This document shows, piece after piece, positions 28,741-36,509 of a stretch of 64,000 nucleotides of DNA. This stretch comes from Myxococcales bacterium (GTDB lineage Bacteria > Myxococcota_A > UBA9042 > JABWCM01 > BTVJ01): contig BTVJ01000013.1 of the NCBI GenBank assembly GCA_045863395.1, positions 64,001-128,000 on the forward strand. The letters run 5' to 3'. Position numbers and translations under genes: made by a program. Every line of letters starts with the position of its first letter. The stretch's first letter is position 1. The notes beneath the pieces were generated by a model. The model had not been told where the DNA came from. It searched no databases and saw nothing but the letters and a program-made list of their open reading frames with translations.

Positions 28741-29769
28741 ATGCGGCTCGCTGCGCGCCTCGGCCTCGCCCTGGCACTCCTGGCATCCCCCGCGCTCGCC
28801 AACGACGGTGAGTTCTACGGTGCGGGAGCCACGGTCTACCCGGTCACGAACAGCGCCATCTCCATGGACACCGAGACGCTGGTCATCGAGCAGCGCGGCC
28901 CGCTGTCCACCTACGTGGACCACTGGCTGGTCAACGTGCGCTACGAGTTCGTCAACACGACGGACGCTCCGGTGACGGTCCAGATGGGCTTCCCCGAGCA
29001 CTGCCAGCGCACGGTGGATGACATGGACGTGGAGAGCCCGTCCTGCAAGAAGCCCGCGATTCGCGACTTTACGGCCCGCATCGACGAGCAGCCCGTCAAG
29101 GTCACCATCAAGACCCCGAAGAAGGAGGAGGCGGGCGCCCTGCCCGGCACCGTCTTCGACCGGGTCCACACCTTCCCCGTCAGCTTCAAGCCCAAGGAGC
29201 GGGTGGTCGTGGAGCACTCCTACACCCACCGGGGGCGCATCATCAGCCCCATGCACAGCGGCATCGACTACATCTTGCGCACCGGCGGGCTCTGGAAGGG
29301 GCCCATCCGCGACTTCGACATGCGCATCGTGCTCAAGGGCAAGTGGGGCGAGATCCTCGACGAGAACGAGGAGGGCAAGCGCCTCCCCAAGCCGACGTTC
29401 GAGGGGTGGCAGGGCGGCACCTACCAGATGCGCTGGCAGCTCAAGGACTTCACGCCGGCCGCCGACGTCGCCTTCCTGCTGCAGGAGCCCCTGGTCGTGA
29501 TGGCGCGAGAGGACGTGCTCCGGCCCGCCATGCTGGCGGCGGAGGAGGACCCGGCCTCCCTGGACGCCAGGTCTGCCGAGGAGCTGCGGCTCCTGCGGAA
29601 CCTGCCCTACGCCCTGCTGGGCTACACGTTCAAGGACGCCGGCCTGCGCGCCCACTTCGAGAAGCAGCCGTGGTATGCGGCGCGGGCGGACTTCGACGAC
29701 AAGTGGCTCGGCAAGGACGACCGCGCGTTCATCGAGCGCGTCAAGGCCGCGGAGAAGCGCAAGAAGTAA
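28741..29769 (+). CDS. Secreted DUF4424-like domain plus C-terminal YARHG domain protein
   Basis: Signal peptide ending 'PALA-ND'; 'ISMDTETL.I...V.YEF.N...VQMGFP', 'YILRTGGLWKGPI..F'; YARHG-type 'LRLLRNLPYALLGYTF....LRAHFEKQPWY'. Confidence 0.8.
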   Translation: MRLAARLGLALALLASPALANDGEFYGAGATVYPVTNSAISMDTETLVIEQRGPLSTYVDHWLVNVRYEFVNTTDAPVTVQMGFPEHCQRTVDDMDVESPSCKKPAIRDFTARIDEQPVKVTIKTPKKEEAGALPGTVFDRVHTFPVSFKPKERVVVEHSYTHRGRIISPMHSGIDYILRTGGLWKGPIRDFDMRIVLKGKWGEILDENEEGKRLPKPTFEGWQGGTYQMRWQLKDFTPAADVAFLLQEPLVVMAREDVLRPAMLAAEEDPASLDARSAEELRLLRNLPYALLGYTFKDAGLRAHFEKQPWYAARADFDDKWLGKDDRAFIERVKAAEKRKK

Positions 29770-29778
29770 GGGGCTCGG

Positions 29779-31026
29779 CTACCCCGCCTCCACCACCACG
29801 GTCCCGATGAGCGTCCTCAGCGCCTGCTCCACCACCGCAGTGTCCGGGTGGCGGACGATGGCGTAGCCCTCCCCCTCGTAGCTCGTGCTGCGCTGCTGCC
29901 CGGCCAGCGGGAGCTTGGCCTCGACGACCAGGTGCCCCACCGCGCGCTGCGCCTCGTCCAAGCCCCGCACCGCGGCGATCCTGCTGCCGTGACCCTGGGC
30001 GCGGAAGAAGGCCACCCCCGCCGCGTACTTGCGCTCGGGCGGGGTGAAGCGCCCGAAGACGGCCAGCTCCGCCCAGACCCGGATGAAGTCCACGTCGTGG
30101 GCGTAGCTGTTGAGCGCCATGATCTGCGCCCCCGGCGGCCGCGCCGCCACCTCGCTGATCGCCACGGACCCGTCGGGGCGGCGGAACCACTCCATGTGGC
30201 TGATGCCGGTCTTCATGCCCAGCGCCGCGAGGGCCTTGTGCCCGTAGGGGCGGATCGCGCGGATCTCGTCGTTGTCCACCTCCCGGGGGAGGCTGACCGT
30301 CCACTGGATCCAGCCGTTCTCCAGCACCACGAGCGGCGGCGGCTCGTAGCGGGTCTGGGAGTCCCACACCGGCCGGCCGTCGATGCTGACGGTCTCGAAG
30401 GAGCGCTCCTGGCCGATGACCATCTCCTCGATGACCCACGGCGTCTGAGGGGTCGGGCGGGCGTGGCCGAGGACCCGCTCCAGCTCATCCATGCGGTTGA
30501 TGCGGCTCGTCGCCACGGAGCCCGCCCCGGCCAGCGGCTTGAACACCACCGGCAGCCCCAGCTCCGCCACGAAGCGCCGCGCGTCGTCCGGCGCCTCGAC
30601 GCGTGCGTGCCTCGCGCAAGGCAGGCCCGCCGCCCGCAGCACCTCCTTCATGCGCGCCTTGTCGCGGAAGTTGCGCGCCGCCTCCAGGCCCATGCCGCCT
30701 GCGCCGCCGGGCCCGGAGATGCCAAGGGCGTCGCGCACCGCGGCGATCTGCTCCTGGAGCTGCTCCAGGGTCCCGATCAGGCGCACCGTGTGCGGCTCGG
30801 CGCCGAGCTGCCCCGCCACGTGGCGCACCGCGCGGGCCAGCTCGTTCGCGTCCATGGCGTCGTGGACCCGATAGTGGCCGCGCAGGGCGCCCCGCAGCAC
30901 CGGCGGCAGGGACTCCAGCGCGTCCTGGCTGATCAGGCCGAGGCGCACGCCCGGCAGCCCCGCGACCGTGGCGACGAAGCGTGTGGTGGCCTCCAGGAAG
31001 AAGGGGGCGGCGAAGATCACGTTCAT
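29779..31026 (-). CDS. ATP-grasp ligase (L-amino-acid ligase-like), paralogue A
   Basis: 'FRDKARMK', 'PVVFKPLAGAGS', 'IEEMV.G', 'ISHMEWF', 'SEVAARPPG', C-terminal 'VRHPD'. Confidence 0.9.
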   Translation of the reverse strand: MNVIFAAPFFLEATTRFVATVAGLPGVRLGLISQDALESLPPVLRGALRGHYRVHDAMDANELARAVRHVAGQLGAEPHTVRLIGTLEQLQEQIAAVRDALGISGPGGAGGMGLEAARNFRDKARMKEVLRAAGLPCARHARVEAPDDARRFVAELGLPVVFKPLAGAGSVATSRINRMDELERVLGHARPTPQTPWVIEEMVIGQERSFETVSIDGRPVWDSQTRYEPPPLVVLENGWIQWTVSLPREVDNDEIRAIRPYGHKALAALGMKTGISHMEWFRRPDGSVAISEVAARPPGAQIMALNSYAHDVDFIRVWAELAVFGRFTPPERKYAAGVAFFRAQGHGSRIAAVRGLDEAQRAVGHLVVEAKLPLAGQQRSTSYEGEGYAIVRHPDTAVVEQALRTLIGTVVVEAG

Positions 31027-31035
31027 GGGCGCTCC

Positions 31036-31764
31036 CTATGTGAGCTCGTTCAGGTAGTACGGCAGCATGACCCGCCAGGTGGGCCAGTCGTGGTCCCACT
31101 CGTGGCCCCACAGGATCACGCGGTTGGGCACCCCCCGGCTCCCGAGCGCGTTGGCGATGCCCCAGGCCTGGCCCGGGCTCTCCCAGCGCCCCTGGCCCGA
31201 GACCAGCAGGACGAAGCGGCGCCGGAGCTGCTCCAGGAGGGGGCCCTCCTCCATGTAGGGCAGGAAGTGCACCGGCGACGACACGTGGAAGTCGAAGGTG
31301 TGCTCGCCGTTGTTCCAGGGCGAGAGATCATAGGTGCCGCTCATGCCGATGGCCGTACAGAAGGCGTCCGGGTGGCGGCACAGCGCGGCGACTGCGTTGA
31401 AGGCGCCGAAGCTCGCGCCCGCGGTGATGATCTCGATGTCGTCGCTCTTGCAGTCGGTGCGGATGGCCGGCACCAGCTCCTGCGCCACGAACTCGTCGAA
31501 GCGGTTCTGCATCCACGCCTTGTGGGCGCCGGACGCGCCGCTGTCCACCCAGGTGCGGCCCGCCACGCTGTCACAGGAGTAGACCTTGATGCGCCCCGCC
31601 TCGATGAGCGGCCAGAGCGCCGCGATGAGGCGCATGCGCTCGGCCTCCTCGCAGTCGCCGCCGGCGGTGGGGAACAGCAGCACCGGGCGGCCGTAGGTGC
31701 CGTAGCGAACGACGCCCACCTCGCGCCCCACCCGGTTCGAGTACCAACCAGTCTTCAGCTTCAC
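31036..31764 (-). CDS. Putative esterase-family alpha/beta hydrolase
   Basis: GTG at 31764 overlaps the upstream stop (GTGA) and has a GGAGG RBS; 'YGTYGRPVLLFPTAGG', nucleophile elbow GASFG, 'GRWE', 'HDWPTW'. Confidence 0.88.
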   Translation of the reverse strand: MKLKTGWYSNRVGREVGVVRYGTYGRPVLLFPTAGGDCEEAERMRLIAALWPLIEAGRIKVYSCDSVAGRTWVDSGASGAHKAWMQNRFDEFVAQELVPAIRTDCKSDDIEIITAGASFGAFNAVAALCRHPDAFCTAIGMSGTYDLSPWNNGEHTFDFHVSSPVHFLPYMEEGPLLEQLRRRFVLLVSGQGRWESPGQAWGIANALGSRGVPNRVILWGHEWDHDWPTWRVMLPYYLNELT

Positions 31765-33026
31765 GCGCTCGCCTCCTTGGTGGCGGCGAGCCGGTCCGCC
31801 TCCGTCTTGCACCAGAACTGGATGAGCCCGAAGAAGTGGTCCGTGAAGGTCTCGACCTCGTGGGCGGGGTAGAGCGCCGCCACCTTGGCCCGGACGATGT
31901 CCTTGGCCTCGCCGGTCCGGAAGAACTCCAGGGCCACCTCGTTCAGGTGCGGCAGGTGCGTCCGGCAGAACTCGGCGAAGCGGTCCGCCTCCATGCGCTC
32001 CCGCGCGATGGCGGCATACTCCCGCAGGCGATCCCGGTAGGGCAGGTCCTTCTTGGCGACCTGGTAGAAGGGCTCCCAGTGCATGTTCTGGCGCATGGGC
32101 CGCTTGGTGTAGGCGCAGAACAGCGACCACCGGATCATGCGCTTGACCATCTCCGGGAAGTGGTAGTGGAGCGACGTGACCTGGAAGTCCGGGCAGGCGT
32201 TGGCGAAGTCGATGGGGTAGAAGGTCCCGTTCTGGCGCAGCGCCTCGCAGGAGTTGAACTCCCACCCGAAGAAGGAGTTGATGGTCAGCGTGGTGTCCGT
32301 CAGCAGCGACCACTCGTCGGCGTCCGCGAAGTAGTAGTCGACCATGTAGCGGGCGTGGAGCGGGGCCGACGGGTCGTAACGCACGATGTAGATCTGGGGC
32401 CCGACGCCGATGCAGCGGACGAACAGGTCGAAGGGCTCGACCGCCTTCTGCAGGTGCATGACGTGCTTGCCGGACTTCTCGTAGGCCTGGCGCAGCGCCT
32501 GCTCGTCGTCGATGCGGCTCACTCCCACCCAGGCGCCGCCGTCGTAGGGCTTCATGAACATGGGGTAGCCGAGCTTCTGGCCGATCTGCCCGAGGTCGAA
32601 CAAGCGGGCGTAGCGCGCCAGGGTCGGCTTGATGTCGGCCGAGTCCGGGTGCTCCTTCGGCGGGACGAGCCACGTCTCCGGGATGGGCATGCCCAGCTTC
32701 ATCATGGCGACGTAGGTGGAGTGCTTCTCCATGGACTGGAGCGACCACGGGTTGTTGAGCACGTACAGCCCGTCGAGGATGACGGCCTTCTTGATCCACT
32801 CGCGGCTCGTGTTGAACCAGTGGGTCAGGCGGTCGAGCACCACGTCGTAGGAGCACGGCTGGCGCAGATCGAACGGCTCGACCGTCACACGGTCCACCGC
32901 GAAGCGCACCACGTCGTCGCCGAGCGGCAGCGACAGCTTCAGGCGGTCGATGATCGCCTCGTAGCAGGCGGGCCAGCACAGGTCGGCGCCCAGGGAAAGA
33001 CCGATCTTTCTCGTCACTTCGGCCAA
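31761..33026 (-). CDS. RimK/glutathione-synthetase-like ATP-grasp ligase
   Basis: TTG start with strong GGAGGAGG RBS; 'LNNP...EKHSTY..M..LGMPIPET', 'GYPMFMKPYDGG.W.GV', 'HLQ', 'FNSCEAL', 'YPIDFANACPD'. Confidence 0.85.
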   Translation of the reverse strand: MAEVTRKIGLSLGADLCWPACYEAIIDRLKLSLPLGDDVVRFAVDRVTVEPFDLRQPCSYDVVLDRLTHWFNTSREWIKKAVILDGLYVLNNPWSLQSMEKHSTYVAMMKLGMPIPETWLVPPKEHPDSADIKPTLARYARLFDLGQIGQKLGYPMFMKPYDGGAWVGVSRIDDEQALRQAYEKSGKHVMHLQKAVEPFDLFVRCIGVGPQIYIVRYDPSAPLHARYMVDYYFADADEWSLLTDTTLTINSFFGWEFNSCEALRQNGTFYPIDFANACPDFQVTSLHYHFPEMVKRMIRWSLFCAYTKRPMRQNMHWEPFYQVAKKDLPYRDRLREYAAIARERMEADRFAEFCRTHLPHLNEVALEFFRTGEAKDIVRAKVAALYPAHEVETFTDHFFGLIQFWCKTEADRLAATKEASA

Positions 33027-33044
33027 GGGTTCCTCCTCCAGCAG

Positions 33045-33089
33045 GTCGCGGATCGCGACGCATTGTGCCTGGATTTTTGGGGAAGTCGA
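33045..33089 (-). promoter_or_regulatory. Candidate internal promoter and palindromic operator upstream of the RimK-like gene
   Basis: Minus strand: TCGACT (33089-33084), 16 nt, CACAAT (33067-33062), followed by inverted repeat GTCGCG-N3-CGCGAC (33045-33059). Confidence 0.35.
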
Positions 33090-33123
33090 GAGGGGACCGG
33101 GGGCGGGCGCGTAATCGGAGGCG

Positions 33124-34257
33124 CTACTCGTAGACCATCCAGACGGGCCCCGGGTACAGATAGGAGAGGCCGGCGCGCAGCCGGTCGCGCCAGTTCTCCC
33201 AGTTGTGGCCGTCGCGGGCCTCCTCGAAGCGCACGGACATGCCCGTGTCCTGAAGGAGCGGCACGATGGAGCGGTTCTCGTAGATCAGCGACTCGTACTG
33301 GCCGCAGCTCAGGAACACGCGCTCGCTCGGCCTCCCCGGGGCCTCGCGAAATGCATTGACGAACTCCACCACCTTGTCGAAGAGCGGGCCGCGCCAGTGC
33401 GTGCCGATGTCCGTGAAGGCGAAGGAGCCCGATTGGAGCAGCAGGCGCCCGAAGACGCCCGGGTAGCGCCAGGCGGTCGCCAGAGACGCCACCGCGCCGA
33501 AGCTCGCCCCCATCAGGCCCCGGTGGGACGCCTGCTTGTAGAGGGAGTACCGGGCCTCCAGGGCCGGGAGCAGCTCCTCGACGACGAAGCGGGCGTGGCC
33601 CGGGTGGTCCGCGTACTCCGACAGACGATCACCGGGGTGAGAGAGGGCCACGACCAGGGGGGCGATCTCCAGCCGGTGGATCAGGTTGTCGAGCACCGTC
33701 TGGAGGCTGGCGTAGCGCACGTAGTCGCCGCCGTCGTGCACGACCAGCAGGCGGTAGCGCCGGGTCGGGCGAAAGCGGGCGGGCAGGTACACCGTCACGC
33801 GCCGGTCTCCCCCGAGGGCCGCCGACCGGACGCGCAGCTCTTGCAGGGTCCCCGGCCGTGCCTCCTTGTCCGGCCTGGCCCACTCGGGGGGCGCGTAGTC
33901 CGCCCCCTGGCAGACCGAGTTGCCGCCGTATGGATCCATGGCCTTGTGCGGGTTGAGCGGGTCCTGGATCCACTCGCCGTGGCCGTTGCGGTGGACGTCG
34001 AGCTTGTACTCCACCCGGGAGCGCGGCGGGAGCTCCAGCACCAGGTACCACAGGTCCGTGCCGTCGATGCGCGCGAAGGGCTGGTCCGAGCCGAGCCCGT
34101 AGACCCAGTGCCGCAGGCTGACCCGCTCCGCCTCGCCACGCCACACGAAGGTGACCTTGCTGCCTTCGAGGATGGGGAAGGTGTGGTCCCGCAAGAAGGC
34201 ATCGATGACGTCACGGCTCGGGCGCCCCTTGGTCAGCGCGTGGATCGCCAGGTTCAT
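33124..34257 (-). CDS. Enterochelin-esterase-like alpha/beta hydrolase with N-terminal Ig-like (CBM48/E-set-like) domain
   Basis: N-domain 'VTFVWRG...GTDLWYL...RVEYKL...DPLNP'; 'VTVYLP', 'LLVVHDG.DY', GASFG, 'GQYE', 'GHNWENWRDRL'. Confidence 0.88.
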   Translation of the reverse strand: MNLAIHALTKGRPSRDVIDAFLRDHTFPILEGSKVTFVWRGEAERVSLRHWVYGLGSDQPFARIDGTDLWYLVLELPPRSRVEYKLDVHRNGHGEWIQDPLNPHKAMDPYGGNSVCQGADYAPPEWARPDKEARPGTLQELRVRSAALGGDRRVTVYLPARFRPTRRYRLLVVHDGGDYVRYASLQTVLDNLIHRLEIAPLVVALSHPGDRLSEYADHPGHARFVVEELLPALEARYSLYKQASHRGLMGASFGAVASLATAWRYPGVFGRLLLQSGSFAFTDIGTHWRGPLFDKVVEFVNAFREAPGRPSERVFLSCGQYESLIYENRSIVPLLQDTGMSVRFEEARDGHNWENWRDRLRAGLSYLYPGPVWMVYE

Positions 34258-35180
34258 GCGCCCTCCACGGGCACCACGGCCCCGTCGGTGGTCAGCCGGC
34301 ACGTGGGGCCGTTGGCAGTCCACCCCTTCGCCAGGGTGGCGGCGCACCCGTCGTCCAGCGCAAGGCACAGCGCCGGCGCGAAGCGGCGCGCCAGCAGCGA
34401 CACCCGCTGCGGGTCGTCCAGGTTGAGGCGGCTGCTGGCGTGGGGCAGCGCGACGACCCCCGGGGCGAGGCCCAGGCCGCGGCTCAAGATCTCGGCGTTG
34501 CCGGCCCCCTGCGGCGGGTTGTCGTGGAACAGCACGATGCGGTCCGTGAGCACCATGGCGCCAGCGCTCCAGCCGACGAGGGGCTTTGCTGCCAGGAGGC
34601 TCGTCAAGCCAAAGAGCCGAATGCGGTTGATCAAGGACGCAACGTGGCCCCCCGCGATGGCAACTGCATCACATTCGCTGAGAATGCTCGAAATCTCTTC
34701 GACATGGTGTTGAATGGACGGCCTCCGGGCCAGACCCACCGCCGCCTCGTACTCGTGCTCGATGCCCTCCATGCGCGCCACGTGCCGCTTGTCGAGCGCC
34801 CGGATGGTGCGCATGGTCGCCTCCAGCTCCGGCTCGATGAGGTCCGCGGGGGCGTCGATGCGCTGGAGCCGCTTCGCCGCCGTGAGCGCGGCCTCGAGCT
34901 GGAGCCGGTAGAGGTCCTGCAGGCGGTGCAGACGGTCCTGCTTGGTGCGGTGGGCCGTGAAGAGCGTCTGGTCCTCGCGGAAGGCCGCGTCGGCCCGCGC
35001 GTGCAGCGCCAGGTTGGTCGTGCGGTTGCCGAGGAACCGGGACAGCTCGCCGTCTTCGGCCTCCCGCTCCTGCCAGCCCGCGCTGATCACCGCGATGCGC
35101 CCGCGGACGCCCAGCAGCTCGAACGCCGTGCCCACCGTCCTGATGCGACGTTGCGGGCCGAGGAGGACTCGTTGCATCAT
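34254..35180 (-). CDS. Peptidase S51 family (dipeptidase E / cyanophycinase-like; class I GATase-like fold) with helical insertion
   Basis: 'AIAGGHV..L', nucleophile 'GWSAGAMV', 'GLGL', 'LPH' (catalytic His); 4-nt overlap with the downstream esterase. Confidence 0.8.
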   Translation of the reverse strand: MMQRVLLGPQRRIRTVGTAFELLGVRGRIAVISAGWQEREAEDGELSRFLGNRTTNLALHARADAAFREDQTLFTAHRTKQDRLHRLQDLYRLQLEAALTAAKRLQRIDAPADLIEPELEATMRTIRALDKRHVARMEGIEHEYEAAVGLARRPSIQHHVEEISSILSECDAVAIAGGHVASLINRIRLFGLTSLLAAKPLVGWSAGAMVLTDRIVLFHDNPPQGAGNAEILSRGLGLAPGVVALPHASSRLNLDDPQRVSLLARRFAPALCLALDDGCAATLAKGWTANGPTCRLTTDGAVVPVEGA

Positions 35181-35227
35181 CGTGGCGTTCCTCCGGATCG
35201 CGAGACCCTTCGACGCAGGATGAGCCC

Positions 35228-36448
35228 ATGCACGTGATCTTCGTCGCCCCCCACTTCCCAGCGTACCAGGCCAGCTTCGTGCGCGCCCTCAAGGCGGCCG
35301 GCGCGGGCGTCACCGGCATCGGCGAGCCGCCCGCCGAGTGGCTCCCGGACCACATCAAGGGCCTGCTCGACGGCTACGAGCAGGTCCACAACGTCACCGA
35401 CGAGCAGGCGCTGCTCGACGCGGTGCGCCGCATCCAGGGGCGCGGCTGGGTGGACCGGCTGGAGGCGACCATCGAGGCGCACATCCTGCCGACCGCCCGC
35501 GTGCGGGAGGCGGCGGGCATCCCCGGCCTGACCGTGCGCGCCGCGACCCTGTGCCGCGACAAGCCGCTCATGAAGGAGGCGCTGCGCGAGGCGGGCGTAG
35601 CGACGGCGGCGTCGGCGGGCGTCTCCACCTCTGCGGAGGCCCGCGCCTTCGTCGAGGCGGTCGGCTACCCGGTCATCGTCAAGCCGCGGGCCGGGGCCGG
35701 GGCGGCGGGGACGTCCAAGTGCACGAACGACGACGAGCTCGCCCGGGCCATCGCCGAGCACCGCCTCGACCACGGCGGCGCGGCCGCCATCGAGGAGTTC
35801 GTCAGCGGGCACGAGGGCTTCTACGACACCCTGAGCATCGGCGGCACCGTGGTGCTCGACTTCGTGAGCCACTACTACCCGAACGTGCTGGAGGCCATGC
35901 GAACCCGCTGGATCTCGCCCCAGATCGTCGCGACCAACCGCATGGACGCACCCGGCTACGACGAGGTCAAGGCGCTGGGCCAGGCGGTGGTCACGGCGCT
36001 GGGCATCGGCACGTCGGCGACCCACATGGAGTGGTTCTTTGGCCCGAAGGGGCTGCGCTTCAGCGAGATCGGCGCGCGGCCGCCCGGGGTCGGGCAGTGG
36101 GACGTGTACTGCGCCGCCAACGACCTGGACCTGTACCGGGAGTGGGCCAACGCGGTGTGCTGGCGCCGCGTGGAGCACGGGCCCTCTCGGCGCTTCGCGG
36201 CGGGCATCATCGCGCTGCGCCCCGATCGGGATGGCCGCATCGTCGGTTACAGCGGCGTGGACGAGCTGCACCAGATGTTCGGCCCGTGGGTCATCGACGC
36301 CCACCTGCCGCCGGCCGGGACCCCGACGCAGCCCGTCGAGGCGGGCTACATGGCCAATGCGTGGGTTCGGCTGCGCCATCCGGACTACGACGTCCTCCGC
36401 GAGATGCTCGACACCGTCGGGCGCACCCTGAAGGTCTACGCCGCCTGA
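35228..36448 (+). CDS. ATP-grasp ligase (L-amino-acid ligase-like), paralogue B
   Basis: 'VIFVAPHFP', 'CRDKPLMK', 'GYPVIVKPRAGAGA', 'IEEFV.G', 'ATHMEWF', 'FSEIGARPPG', 'LRHPDY'. Confidence 0.92.
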   Translation: MHVIFVAPHFPAYQASFVRALKAAGAGVTGIGEPPAEWLPDHIKGLLDGYEQVHNVTDEQALLDAVRRIQGRGWVDRLEATIEAHILPTARVREAAGIPGLTVRAATLCRDKPLMKEALREAGVATAASAGVSTSAEARAFVEAVGYPVIVKPRAGAGAAGTSKCTNDDELARAIAEHRLDHGGAAAIEEFVSGHEGFYDTLSIGGTVVLDFVSHYYPNVLEAMRTRWISPQIVATNRMDAPGYDEVKALGQAVVTALGIGTSATHMEWFFGPKGLRFSEIGARPPGVGQWDVYCAANDLDLYREWANAVCWRRVEHGPSRRFAAGIIALRPDRDGRIVGYSGVDELHQMFGPWVIDAHLPPAGTPTQPVEAGYMANAWVRLRHPDYDVLREMLDTVGRTLKVYAA

Positions 36449-36509
36449 GCCGCCGAAGATACCGGCCGAGCCACGGCCTCGCAACCGGAGCGCTGCTCCG
36501 AGGTGACCC

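Noticed and set aside
31765..33063. Apparent 675-aa esterase
   Set aside because: The upstream part is an off-frame read-through of the RimK-like gene; the real start is GTG 31764 with an RBS and stop/start overlap
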